Shown here: piece after piece, positions 19,391 through 36,319 of the stretch
Layout: each line of letters opens with the position of its first letter
Numbering within the stretch: the stretch's first letter is position 1
From: the human T2T-CHM13v2.0 reference genome, Homo sapiens
DNA length: 64,000 nucleotides
Direction: 5' to 3' (one strand)
Assembly: GCF_009914755.1 (NCBI RefSeq)
Contig: NC_060926.1
The notes under the pieces: model-generated
Database searches by the model: none
What the model was told of the DNA's origin: nothing
The model's input: the letters and a program-made list of their open reading frames with translations, nothing else
Translations under genes and position numbers: made by a program

Positions 19391-19495
<105 letters not shown>

Positions 19496-19771
19496 TAGTT
19501 AAGCTAACTAATTTAAAGTCTAGATTAAGAACTGTAGCCTTTTGTTGTAACACTTTAGCATTTTTCTTTACTGGCGGATCTTTGTGGTTTTCCCTTGTTA
19601 GGGAGCTCACTGAGGCAACATTATGAGCACATGAAAGTGAACTCAGCACAGATTTTCTCAAAAGGAACTAATTTGTAGGTCTCCCTACAGAAAAACTTTG
19701 GGCCAACACCTTGGCGCTTATAGCTCCACTTCATTGAAGTTTTTTAGGATTTTGTCGTGAGCTATAAATAA

Positions 19772-20103
<332 letters not shown>

Positions 20104-20550
20104 ACATCTTCCTATTTTCAGAGACACATAATTCTTGTTCCAGTCCTAAGAGTTTGTGGCCCATTTATAGTAGACCTAGAAAGACCTTGATGCTGCCCCT
20201 AAATTTAATCCTTCTCAAAATGGCTGCATGGTCACTTTTCCTTATCAGGTAGTACCTAGAATCTCATTTAGGCTGTGGCTAACATAAAAATAGCTTTCAG
20301 GGATGCACAGAGGGCCTGGAACTAACATTCATTCACTTGATTGCATTCAGGTTTCTGTTCATTTACCCTTTAAATGGTGGCAACTGGCAGTTGTTAATCC
20401 TGCAGGTTTATATATAAACTATTATATTCATTATTGCTGGTCCAAGTCTGGCCTGTCTGCGAGCTGACTTCTACGTATGTGAGTGTTTATGTTTGTTCAT
20501 GTGTGTATAGAACTTTCTCTTCCAACATCCTGCAGGGAGCAGGGGAATCA

Positions 20551-21013
20551 CTTTTTTTTTTTTAGTGACAGGGTCTCGCTGTGTCACCCAGGCTGGAGTG
20601 CAGTGGCAGGATCATAGCTCACTATAACGTTGGACCTCTGGGCTCAAGTGATCCTCCCACTTCGGCCTCCCAAAGCTCTGAGATTACATGTGTAAGTCAC
20701 CATGCCTGGCCAAAAATTACTTTTTTTCTTTTTCTTTTTTTTGGGGGGACAGAATCTTGCTCTGTTGCCCAGGCTGGAGTGCAGTGGTGAGATCTCAGCT
20801 TACTGCAGCCTTCACCCTGGCCTCCTGAGTAGCTGGAACTACAGTTGCATACCCCCACGCCCGGCTAATTTTTGTATTTTTAGCACAGACGGGGTTTCGT
20901 TATGTTGGCCAGGCTGGTCTTGAACTCTTGACCTCAAGTGATCTGCCCACCTTGGTCTCCCAAAGTGCTGGGATTACTGTGAGCCACGGTGGCATGAGCC
21001 ACCGTGCCCGGCC
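20551..21013 (-). mobile_element. Two adjacent Alu elements (a partial one at 20551-20711, and 20720-21013 with internal deletion and duplication)
   Basis: Two T-tails, each followed by an Alu body. Confidence 0.88.
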
Positions 21014-22405
21014 CAAAAATGAGAGTTAAATGCCTAGAAGCACTACTGCCTGCAGTAGGTCTAATGCATCTTACTACTTGCAGTCTAGGAATCCTGGCAA
21101 GATCCCCAGATCTACTGTGCTGTTGTCCAGAGGCAAGCATGAGCAGCTGAGCCTCAGAGAGAGCTTACAGTCTACCAGGCTTAAATCCTGTCAGCAGGAA
21201 TGCCAAAGGCCAAACCATGAGAATCTCCAGAGGAAGAACAGCTTCGTTATCACAGTAATCTGCAGTCTCTTAAGTGGGGTGTATATGTTTTTGGTTTTGA
21301 GATGGAAGAAGAGCTTTTTGTCCTGCTAAAAGTTGCCATATAGGAGAAAAACTTTGAGTTTTAACACAAAACAAAACCTCATGTAAATAGAAGGAGATCT
21401 GAAGTTCTAAGTGACAGTTTTCTAGGATTGGTGAAAACAGTACTTCAGAATTTCTCTCTTTAATGTATTGGAGTGATCAAGACACTTTCACAGTATTATA
21501 CCTGTTGTCTGTTCAGCTGTATATTGTTACAGGGTGCTCGGAAAGTGGCGGAGATGCTGCTGTGACAAGTCAATGAACTCTTGTCTATCAAGACTATTGT
21601 GTTTTTGAAGGAAAATTGAGACTTTCCTAGCTTTCAATTGTATGTCGTCAATTACCTCAGCCAGTCAAAGTCCAAGGTCCCCCGTTTGGAAGTGATTGGA
21701 CTCTGTGGTTGGTGTAGGCATGGTCTTTTCAGGGACTGAATCTAGCTGTCATCACCATTATATGGTAGCCACTAGCGGTTTCATATTTACTATGTTCAAG
21801 GCATTGTGCTAGCACTTTTATGTTATTTTAATTACCCTGCATTAGCAGTTCTGCAAAATCTTGTGAAGAAATGAAGAAAATGTTAGAGCTTTAACAGCTT
21901 TTGCCAGAATTTTCTGAGAGGATTGCTTTACTTGGGAAAATAACTTTGATAAGTGCTTAGGGTAGAGAATGAGTCTCCATCCCCAGACTTGGTTGGCTAG
22001 TCCAGAGGCTTCGGAGGAAAGGAAGCTCCTCAGCATCATAGAAGTAGAAAAACTGGAGCTGGTTTAGGAGAGGAGGGGCTTAGAAGAAGAGGGGAGAGGC
22101 AGGGAGACAAAGTGGGTGAATTTACGCACAGTCACGGCCTTCTACAATACGTTTCAAACTCATGACCACAAATTACTCAGTGTCAGTACAACTCTGGAAA
22201 TGCCAGGTTTAAGTGCTGTATTTGGGGAAACTGGCAGTTTGGTATCTGGCATTATTTCATGCAGAGCAGAGAAAGCACCTGAGCACACAGGAGGCCAGAG
22301 TCTGAAAAGACCAGGAGAGAGTCAGTTACTGAGAATCTACTCACATCTTAGGAAAATATGTCTTACCCCTGGCCATGGGATTGGGGATTCAGAGCAGTCT
22401 TGTGA

Positions 22406-22682
22406 AAATAGCAAGGGCAAGCGGACCCTAGATAGCATGTAAGTTAACAATTAGTATTATTATCTCCATTTTACTGATGGATAAACTGTAAAATTGGAGG
22501 AGATGCATTTTCCCAAAGATCACATAGGAATTCAAACACATGTCTCTTTCAAATACTGGATTTTTTACGTAGCCATATTGTTTCTTTTGATTCCTAATGA
22601 CTTCCTTTCCTACGCTTTTTAAAACAACATTTTAAGGTCGTGTATCTGAAACCTTGTACCTACTGATAGGACTTTTGATGAA
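22406..22682 (+). repeat. Donor copy of a ~275-bp dispersed direct repeat (includes a MIR core)
   Basis: Aligns to 26188-26462 with ~24 substitutions and 3 small indels by hand count. Confidence 0.95.
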
Positions 22683-23526
22683 TAGATTGTTCTTTTATAT
22701 TGAATTTGACTTTGAGACCCAGCATGTTGCTAGTATTTCGACAAAAGATGTCCCTCTGACCTCCGTCTAAGACTTGGTGAATCAGAGCCCTCTAGTGATG
22801 TCACAAAACCAGACTCTCCACAGAGCTGTCGGAAAATGGATTGCTTATTAGCAACTAGTTCTCGTGATTTTAACTTGGCTTCCGTTTTATCCCTTCTGCC
22901 GTTCTTGGTGCCAGCTCCAGAATTGATGTCCTGTTCTTTGTTTTGGGCATCTTGTTTGTTTGTTTTTCCGCTAGGGCATCTTTTTACTAACGCCCTTTAT
23001 AAGCCAAGACTCACTTCTCTTGCAGGCCCAAAGAGTTCTCCCTCCCTAGTAGTGGTCTTCTTTTAGAGAGATTTCTGTCCAGAGTCGGGAGACAGGAATC
23101 CCTTCCCCTTTTCTCCAGTAAATTTATTTTTTAAAATTCAGTTGTCAAAAGGGCGATCAGCGATAGATAGTTGGTAAGATTGTTTGACCCTTAGGTAGAA
23201 CTCGGCTGTTTTACCTATCATTATAAATTAAAATATGGGTGTAGTTACTTTTTCTCAGGCCTGATAGTAGCATAATCAAACTGAGAGTCTTGTGATTCTG
23301 TCCCCGACATCAGCAGTCTATATATAGTAGGCAGCTACACATTTTCTTAACTTCTGGTTTTCAGTGTGAGGGATGTATCTTGTTCTAAGCTTACTGGCAG
23401 AGAGGAGATAACCAATGCCCTGAACCCCAGGAAGCATGTTCTTTCTGGCTGCCCTTTTCCCAGTCCCTTTCCTCCATTCTCCCTACCCATCACCATTCTA
23501 TCACCACAGAGTTAGAATAGAAAACA

Positions 23527-23833
23527 ATTTTTTTTCTCTTTTCCTTTTTTGTGAAGGGGTCTCAGTCTGTCGCCCAGACTGGAGTGCAGTAGCATGATCA
23601 CAGCTCACTGCAGCCTCTACCTCCTGGGCTCAAGTGATTCTACCACCTCCACCCCGCCAAGTACCTGGAGCTACAGGCACACACTACCACACCAGGCTAA
23701 TTTTTGTAGTTTTTGTAGAGATGAGGTTTCGCCATGTTATCCAGGCTGGTCCTGAACTCCTGAGTTCAAGCGATCTGCCTGCCTTGGCCTCCCAAAGTGC
23801 TGGGATTACAGGTGTGAGCCACCAAGTCCAGCT
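23527..23833 (-). mobile_element. AluJ
   Basis: Diverged full dimer. Confidence 0.9.
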
Positions 23834-24966
23834 CAGAAAAAATTTTGACCACAGCTGTATATATAATAATCATCTATCAGTTATGAAAGTAGGGTTGTTT
23901 CCCTACATACACTATTCATAAGCACATCATTGCCATCATCTGGGATTTGTTACCTGTCGTTGTGGGTTTCAGAGTCTCCAGAGGCTCTTTACATTGAGTT
24001 TATCCACTTGTTTGGATATCTTCCACCCAGCTAATCAACAGAGTTGCTAAGGAGGAATGCCATGATTTTCAGCTCCTTGCGCTTTCCCAACTTAGGAAGA
24101 ATGCTAAAATAAAATAAAATAATAAAATGTCAAAAGATAGACAGCAGGTTCAAGAAGGAAAAGCCACATTACTTCTTTCCTCCGGACAATTCCTGCGCGA
24201 TTATGTCTGAATTTATAAATTCCCACTGAGTATGGGAGATAATGTAAAATAGCTTGAATGTTCTTGGTGTGTCAAAAACAGGTTTTGTGAGGATCTTAAG
24301 AGCCAGAAAGGATGGATATATGGGGACAGATAAAAGGATGGAATGTAACTTAACTTTATAATGAGACGATTCTCTTTCAGGGACCTTGTTTTTGCCACTG
24401 AGATTGTAGTTTCTGTATTAGGCTTGTGTGTAGTGACAGGGTGGCAGAGCTCCATGTTACCAAATTGAATTCACTTGAGCCTGACTGGTTTAAAAAAAGT
24501 CTGTCAAGAGAAGACCTAAGTAGAAATAATACAGACCCCAAACAGCCTTAACATTTGACTCATGTACAAGAGAGCAGTAATATGTACTTGTCCATTTGAT
24601 TAGAAGGTGATCACTTCATTTTTTTCCCCTTTCACTTTGTTTGGATTACGTCTCATCCTAGAGTCTTTTTGCCTTTGTTCTTCAACCTTCTTTAATCTCA
24701 CTTACTAGAAACATCCTTTCATTTTTAAAAGATATTTCCTAAAATTCACTTTTTCCAAGCAATTTCAGCACTAGATAGAATATGGTACAATTAGTAATAA
24801 TATGATATTCATCAAAGCCAAATAGTTTTCAGTGTTGGTTTTGTATGGTATAGCACTATCCCATTTGCATAGCTGTTTACTTACATACATTATGTGATTT
24901 TCTGCCAGGAGTCAAGCCCTAAACAGTGAACCTTCGAGAATTGTGATCTAGCAGAAATCTCTCTCG

Positions 24967-24979
24967 TGTGTGTGTGTGG

Positions 24980-25028
<49 letters not shown>
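24967..25028. repeat. (TG)n microsatellite, interrupted
   Basis: Read directly. Confidence 0.95.
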
Positions 25029-25029
<1 letters not shown>

Positions 25030-26187
25030 TTTTTTTTAATTGATCCTGATTCATGTAATCTTGGGTATGAATTATATAATGAATTATACTCTGCCCAGAT
25101 AGATAAGAAGATAAAAATATGGCGTTTTTCTACACAGCGCTGGTAAATTTAAGAAAAATAAGCTCTTTCAAATACCTTGAGCATCTTAAAGATGCTAAAT
25201 ACAAACAGTCACTAAAATTTTAAACATCTTTAGCCCTATAAAAGTTTTTTTCTTAAAGAATTTGACATACTTTTTTAGTCCTTTCTCCAAATAGCATTGA
25301 TACATCTAATCATGAGAAAATTCATGATTAAGGATTCCAGAGGTTTAGTCTGTACTTTGTATTTTTATTAAATATCTCACTTGTTTTTCACTGGTTTTCT
25401 TTTTGACTCATTTTAAATTATTAAACCTCAGAACCTGACAATCCAGGCTTATTTTATGCCTCATTTATCAGGACAAGTGGTCTCATTGTAACACAAAAAT
25501 CAGTGTGTTTGGAATTGTAGAGAATACTTGCTGAAAGGGTGTGTTATCTGACATCGTAATTATGCACCATTGGCCTTTAAGGTGTTGTTCATCTTTCATG
25601 TGGGCGGACTGAGGCCCAGAGTAGTTAGGATGACTTTTCACAGATAATTGCAAATATGTGAAAGACTCTGGATCAAATTCCAGAGAGCCAATTCTTGGCC
25701 TCTGTGGCTTAAACCTTTTTACTGGTTGTGTATATTTCATTGGATGGCACAGCACCACCCTGAAGTTTACATCTTAATATAATGAAACTCAGCAGCCAAA
25801 TAATTTAGATGAAATCATTGAAATAGAGATGAAAAGAAAAAATAAAAAGCACATGACGTAGAAACTAAAGACCATTATGCACACATAATCATTTTAAGTA
25901 TTTTCATTTTTCAGCGACTCTTCCTAAAAGGCTTTCATCTATTCTTACCCAGCCTTTAAAATCCTTTTAAGTTCCTGTCAATCTGTATCAGAATATCCCT
26001 AATTACAGGATATAGCTCTTGTAAAATGTAGCCTGGCTATCCATTAAGAAAGAGAAATGTGTGGTAGCATAAAAATGAAAGCATGTTTGCTGTAGTTACA
26101 TTCTGTTAACTGAAAAAAATCACAAGATCTATAAATTTAGAAAAAGAGAGCTTTATTTCTTATAAAGGGTTACAGCTTGCAAGGTGG

Positions 26188-26462
26188 AAATAGCAAGGCC
26201 AAGTGGACCCTAGATCGCATATAAGTTACAGTAAGTATTATTATCCCCATTCTACTGATAGATAAACTAAAATTGGAGGAGATACATTTTCCCCAAAGAT
26301 CACATAGGAATTCAAACGCATGTCTCTTTCAAATACTGGATTTTTTACTTAGCCATACTGTTTCTTTTGATTCCTAATGCCTTCTTTTCCTACACTTTTT
26401 AAAACAACATTATAGGGTCACATATCTGAAACCTTGTGCCTGTTGATAGGACTTTTGATGAA
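26188..26462 (+). repeat. Inserted copy of 22406-22682 inside the LTR
   Basis: Shared ends AAATAGCAAGG ... GATAGGACTTTTGATGAA. Confidence 0.95.
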
Positions 26463-27177
26463 AGCCTGGGAAAGGCTATTCCTAGTCTATTCAAAGGCTG
26501 GGAAACATGGCCTCCAGCCAAAGCCCAGAGACAGGCACTATGAAGGAGGGTTTGGGGTAAGAGCATTATTGCTGACCTGATTGACTAAACATACATATTC
26601 AGCAGGTTACAGGAGGAGCTATGAATATTCATGAAGGTGGTCCTGATGCATGAGTATTAAACATGCATGTTACGTAATACCCATGTTCACCTTGCAGGGA
26701 AGACTTGACATTTAAATATTACAGTTAGACCCTGTACATCAAAAGGTCTTTTCAGGACACAGCATGCAAATGTGCCATCTTTGTAAAACCCACTAGAACC
26801 AGTCCGTGGTTGGTGGTCTTCTTATCAGGAGAAAGTTACCGAAATCACTCTCTTGTCCAATCAAAGCTGTAGTTATGGCTGGTGGAACAAGAGTTCAGTA
26901 AGTCAGCATCTGGTAGAGCTGCAAATTGTTTTAAAAACAATATTGCTTATCCCAAGGCCAGTGCTTTTTTAGCTGCTTAAGAAAAAGAAAAACCTTTTGG
27001 CAGTTAGAACATAGTTTATTCTTTAAGTTTAAGGGGTGCGACTTAACCCTTGCCTGGCATGGCCTTAGGTCCTGTTTACTACAGTTTGTTCTCTCAGTCT
27101 TATGATACCTATTTTAAAATTAATGCTGGAAGGTTGTGTCTAAATTGCAAAAAGGAGGGGTATAATGAAATGCACCT

Positions 27178-27520
<343 letters not shown>

Positions 27521-27894
27521 TCAGTTAAGGTTTTCTGGGATCCCCTTTGTCAAGAGGGGGTCCATTTCATCAGTGGGGAGCTTAGGATTTCTAGTTTACA
27601 TTTCTCAGTGAGCACCTGAATTTCTTCCTGAGAGCTTTTTAAAAAGTCCTTATGAAATATATGACAGTGTTCCTGTTTTCTCCCAGTGTTTTGTTTTCTC
27701 ATGCTACATAGGAAAGTTGCTTCCCTTAAATGTGCTGAGTAATTTTTCTCTTTTTATATTAAAAATGGAAAGAATAATTTCCCATCTGGCTGAAAATGGA
27801 ATTCATGAAGGCTTTCTCAGCATCATAACTAGATGAGCCCAGAGTCCATTCAAGCCTTTACTTAATATACTAAATCACTCCTGATACCAGTCTT

Positions 27895-28069
27895 CTATGA
27901 AGGAGAGAGAGAGAGAGAGAGACACTTTTAAACCATGAGATATCAAAAGAACTCACTGTCACAAGAACAGCAAAGGGGAAGTCCTCTGCCGTGATTCATT
28001 CACCTCCTACCAGGCTCCTCCTCTAATTTGATATGAGATTTGGGCGGGACACAAATCCAAACCATATCA
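27895..28069 (-). mobile_element. MaLR (MST/THE1) LTR fragment
   Basis: ATGAGATTTGGGCGGGACACAAATCCAAACCATATCA terminus. Confidence 0.75.
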
Positions 28070-29828
28070 TTTCAGCTTGCATCAATGACTTGGGCCATCA
28101 GTGCAACAAGGCAGGTGCTCACAATTGGTTCCGATGGAAATGCAGAACTCTTGGGTGCTTAGGAGAAAGGGCCTGCAGCTTGCTCTTAGAATTCACCCTT
28201 GCAGTAAGTGCTAATGAGTATGATTTGTGAGACAGAGAGCAGTTCAAGGATTTACTCATGGCAATTTGGTTCTTTCTTTCCACCTCCTGTTAAATTCTGC
28301 AGTTCTTCCTTCCATGGTAGGTCATTGTCATGTCATGTAGGGTATTGTACTTGGTTCTCCTTGAATTGGGCTGTCTTCAAGATTGCTCCTTAAGCCCAGC
28401 TGGTTGAAAAAGGAAACCGGTTTCAGATTGTGCTGATGTGCAAACTGCTTTAATCAATGACTTGAAGTGACTGCTGGTGGCAAACAACAGACGCTCTTAA
28501 CCAATTAAGATATTTAGGAAAGGATGTTAGGCTTTTGTTAAAATAGTCACTAATGAACTGAAATGTGTTAAGAGGAGCCAAGAAACAGCTAGGAGTTCCA
28601 CTTAAATGCAATAAAAGTGTTTGGGTCCTCCCCTTTCAAATTGCATGCCCAAGGCAAAAAATATGCTGACACAGAAAGAAGTGGCAAGTGTAATTTGGTA
28701 CAGTTAGCCTGTCAGATCCATGCGTGTCTACATAAAACCTAGAAAAATGTCGTGCTTGCTTCTTTGGCCAGAAAAGGGAAGGGAGTTTAATTCCTTTATA
28801 GAACAGTTTCAGCAGGGCTGGAGAATATTACCAGCTTAGATGTCTTTGGAAATGGGAGAAAATTTAACTTGTTTTTAGAGGTTCCTTATGTTTTAGAGGT
28901 TGGAGAAAAATCTTCAGTTAATAGTCATAATTAAAGGCCCGTTTTTATTTTCCTCTGTCAGATTAAACTACTGAAATCTGTAGTTATCTGTTCATGTCTC
29001 TCAGTGGTAATGAGGCTCAGCCATAACACTCAGGATAATATGGTATTTCATTGGTAGCCATTTGAAGTCAGGAGCCATTGCTCATATAAGAACTACTTTT
29101 TTACAATTCCCTTGCTCTTGGAATCCAATAATGTTTTCTTGGGGCATTGAGAGTAAGATACACTGTCTAAGTTTTCATACTTATTCTGTGATAGAAACAT
29201 CTAGTTTCTCTCTTCTGTCTGTGGTAAATCTCTACAAGTCTCTTAGATAAATTGCACTTATTAATTCTACTTTTTAAAATAGCTTTATTGAAGTAAAATC
29301 TTCTACTATAAAATATACTGGTAAGTATAATTTGATGATCTTTTGTAAATTATAGAGTTGTGAAATTATCACCACAGTTCAAAGAACATTTCTCTCACAC
29401 CCAAAAATTCCTGGGACCTGTTCATAGTCAGTTTGGGTCTGGAGTGCACACAGGTGGTGGGAGGTTGCAAGGTGATGCTGGCCTACATGACTTGTTCTGA
29501 TAATCCTGAGTTATTGCACCATCTGTTGAATGGGCTGGCGCCATCTTGGGCCTGACGAGTTGTAAATTAGCTGCAGCCTTCAAGTAATAACCCGGTGGTG
29601 GAACATTCTATAGATACCTGGATTGTCTCTGGAACTTCTAAGCAAACATAATTAGACAAGCTAGCAATGCAGTGGAGTGTCTGGTGGAAAGGAGGAGAGT
29701 AAAGGTTGTTATTTCATAACTAAAAAGTTAATACAAAGGGCCTCAGAAGGAAAAGTTTAAGAAAAAAAGACTAAAAAATAGAATACTCGGATACACTCCA
29801 ACTTTGTTCTTTTCTAAAAATGTTTTAA

Positions 29829-30005
<177 letters not shown>

Positions 30006-31014
30006 TGAGTAGCTGGGATTACAGGCATGAGGTACTACGCCTGGCTCATGTTTGTATTTTTTTAATAGAGACAGGGTTTCGCCATGTTGACCAGGCTGGT
30101 TGAACTCCTGACCTGAGGTGATCAACCTGCCTTGGCCTCCAAGTTTTGGGATTACATGCGTGAGCTGCCGTGCCTGGCCCAGCTTTTCAATTTATATGAA
30201 AAACCCACTGGTATTTTGATAGGGATTTTATTGAGTCTATAGAAGAGTTAAGGGAAAATTGCCATTTTAATAATACTGAGTTATCCATGAACATGGAATA
30301 GTTACTCATTTATTTAGATCTTATTTTTTCTCCATAATGTTTTATAGTTTTTAGTGTACAAGCTATACAGCTCTTTTATTAAATTTATTGCCAAGTATTC
30401 TTTTTGATGATGTTGTGAGTGGAATTGTTTTTTAATTTTATTTTTGGATTATTTGTTGCTGGTATATAGAAATGAAATTATTTATTTATTATATCTTGCA
30501 ACCTTATTAAACTTATTAGTTCTTGTGGTTTTTTAAATATACTTCTTAGGATTCTCTACATACAGGATCATATTGTCTGCAAATAAAGAAAGCTTTACTT
30601 CTTCTTTTATAACTTGTAAGTTTTTCTTTCTTTTTTTTTAATTATTGTACTGGCTGGAACTTCTGGCACAGTGTTGAATAGAAATAAGAGTGAACATCCT
30701 TGCCCTGTTCCTGATCTTAAGGAAAAACCTTTGTCTTTCACTATTAGTATGATGTTAGTTGTAAGTTTTACCCAGATTTCCTTTGTCAGCTTGAGAAAGT
30801 TTCCTTCTATTTCTAATTGGTTGAAAGTTTTTATTATGAATGGATGTTGAGTTTTGTTAGATGCATTTTCTGCCTCTATTGAGATGACTGTGATTTTTAT
30901 TCTTCTGCTAATATATTAATTGACTTATAGTTGTTAAATCAACCTTGCATTCCAAGTATAAAATCCAGTCGTTCTATAAAATCCTTTTTATATGTACTGA
31001 ATTCATTTAGCTAA

Positions 31015-31373
31015 TGCTACAGTTTGAATAATGTCACCCAAAGTTTATGTGTTGGAAACTTAATCCCCATTCTAACGGTGTTGAGAGGTGGGACCTTTAA
31101 GAAGTAATTAGGTCATGGAGGCATCATTCTCATGAAAGGATTCAGGCCATTATCACTTGAGTGGGTTAGTTATAAAAAGGATGAGTTCGGCCTGATTTCT
31201 TCTCTGTCTCTGGCTTGCTTCTGCCTTCTGATGTGGGGTGGTCTCCTCCAGCTGCCGGTGTCATGCTCTTAGACTTCCCAGCCTCCAGAACTGTGAGCTA
31301 AATAAATATCTGTTCTTTATAAATTACCCAGTCTTGGGTATTCTGTTATAGCAGCACAAAATACACTAAGACA
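31015..31373 (+). mobile_element. MaLR MST-family solo LTR
   Basis: TGCTACAGTTTGAA...ACTAAGACA with perfect 5-bp TSD GCTAA. Confidence 0.9.
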
Positions 31374-31567
31374 GCTAATATTTTGTTGGGAAATTGTTTG
31401 TAGTTTTCTTGTTTTGTGTGATGTCTTTGGTTTTGGTAACAGGAAAATACTGGACTCATAGAATGAGTTAGGAAGTTTCCTTCTCTTCAAGATTTCTATT
31501 ATTTATTCTTTACATATTTCATATAATTTACCAGTGAAGCCATCTGAGTTCTTTGTGGGGAGCTTTT

Positions 31568-33871
<2,304 letters not shown>

Positions 33872-36319
33872 TTATTGAATCAGTTTTAGTAATATGTCTT
33901 TATAAGAATTTGTTCCTTTTGTCTAATTTTTTAGTATAACATTGATTATTATTCCCTTATAATAATATTTTTGAGATCTGTTCTTTATTTCTGATTTGGG
34001 GATTTTGTATCTTCCCTTTTTCTTGGTCAGTCTAGGTAAAGGCTTATGGATTTTATCTTTTTAAGATCCCAGCTTTTAGTTAGTTTTATTGATTTTCTCC
34101 ATTATTCTCATTTAATTAATTTCTGCTCTGATCTTTATTATTCCATTCCTTCTTCTTACTTTGGCTGTAATTCACTTTTCATTTTCTTGTTTCTTAAGGT
34201 GGAAGCTTAGATGATTGATTTGAAACCTCTTTTCTAATATAGGCATTTAAAGCTATACATTTCCTGCTAAGCAGTTTTTTAGCTTCACACCATAAATTGC
34301 GATGTGTTATGATTTTGTTTTCATTTAGTTTAAATATATTCTAATGTCTTTCATGATTGTTTCTTTGACTCTTGGGTTATTTAAATGTGTTCTTAAATTC
34401 CAAATATTGAAGATTTCCCAATTTCTTCCTGTTGTTGATTTTTAATTCTGTTATGATTGGAGATCATACTTTGAGTGGCTTCAGTCCGTCTGAATTTATT
34501 CAGACTTGTTCTTATGTGGTCTCACATATAGTCTGTTCTGCCAGTTGTTCTCTATGGCCTTAAAAAGTACATGTATTCACCTGTTACTAGGACAAGTGTG
34601 CTGGAAATGTCAGGGCAATTTGGTTGATAGTTTGTTCAAATCTGTCTTTTGACTTTCTATCTAGTTGTTTTCCGTGACGTTTTGAGTATTGAAAGTTATT
34701 CACCTTGAGACCTTGTGTGCTAGTGAGACCTTTATGATTTTGGTCTCACCTAGCTAAACCAGCTTGGGTCATGAGATCCTAGTGAATTTTTACAGGGTGA
34801 CACTAAAGAAAACACTGTCAATTCAGGTAATAGAGTATATGTTAAATAAAAGTCTTCAGGTATTGGCATTTTAGGAAAAATAAACTTAGCTATGTGTGCT
34901 GCAAGACTGTATGTGTTTCTGAATCCTCTGCTTCGAGGGAAAAATCATATTAGTAGAGGATAAGTTTACTCAGTACTGGAAAAATTGTGTAGATTTTAGG
35001 AACTTGTTGGAGCAGAAAGGCGATTAATTGTGAGAAATGAAAGTCAATTTTAGTGGCAGCAGGTATATCAAGTACATCAAGTCTTAGTTCAATGTTTATA
35101 GATTTTGAAAATTTATAGGTTCATTATTCCTTTCATTTGTTTCTTCTTTTGTCCCATTTTTGTCAAGCATGTATTTATTTTGTTTGAATCCTTTTTTGTC
35201 TCATGGACTGAGAAGAAAATATAACTAAGGTTGGATTATCCCACAATTTGCTCTGTGTCTAATTATTCTGAGGTGGATTGTAATGAAGCCAGCAAGACTT
35301 ATACATTGGAATTTTAAATGTATGGGATTGTAAGGAGGGTAGAAGCTACAAACCAAAGATAAGATATGCCTGCAGATCTGCTTCAGATTTCCTGAGGGCA
35401 GTAGATGAAATTATTTCTAAGGGCCTTTTTCACCACTGCTCTTTAAGTATATGAGTAATAAACAAAAAGAACAAAGTATGTGGTTCAGAAGGAATAAAAC
35501 AAAAAAGAAAGAAAAGGATCAATGAAATAGAAGTATTGTGTCACCCCATGAAAATTGTCTTCCTGTTGAGAGCTCACTAGAAATAGAAACAATTGTTTTT
35601 TATCTCCTTGTATGACAATCTCTTAACTGTTTCGAGATGATTTACTTGCTTCTTAGGCTTCCATTAAAAATAAGCACATGCTTATATGGGGGAAAATGCA
35701 AATAGTAATATAATAGCATATAAAGTTAAAAAGTGGACATCTCCTTCTTTATTGTCTCCCTCCCTTTGAAACTCTGCCCATACCCACATTCTGTGTCTTC
35801 ATAGGAATAACCCTGTTCATCCCTACTGATGCCCTGTATTGTGATCAAGATGGTTAATTGTTTTAGGGTATAATAAATTGGGGATATAGTCAGAGACAGT
35901 ACATTTTGGGAGAACCCTCCATTCCCAGTGGCATCAAGCAGCTTGATCAAAGAAAAGAAAAAGGTGTACACCAAGATGAGATGAGGCATACTTAGTAAGC
36001 AATAATAAAACGTCAAGATGTCTTCATGCATATAATCATGACAATGTTGGATGTGATATCTCATCCCTGTACATCTGCATATATATCTTATATAGCATGT
36101 TATTCTTTCTGCATTTCCCCCTTCAATAGAGCTTTATTGTAACCATTTCCATCTCTGTAAAATTAAGGGAGGGAGGGGATAAAAGAGAGTTCTAGACTGT
36201 CTACTCCCCTAAGTGGCAGCCAGTGCTAAATACACAGCTTATGGGTTTAAACTGAACGAACAACAAAAAGACATGTTCATTCCTTAGGCTTTTAGAGGAA
36301 TAAACCAGTGAGGCCTACA

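Noticed and set aside
22785-22802. CTCF-like GAGCCCTCTAGTGA and an adjacent TGATGTCA in a slightly CpG-richer patch
   Set aside because: Imperfect short motifs are expected by chance in 64 kb. Cannot be supported without ChIP data.
34719-34754. 12-bp bulged hairpin near the L1M boundary
   Set aside because: No known ancestral consensus to compare with, so chance cannot be excluded.
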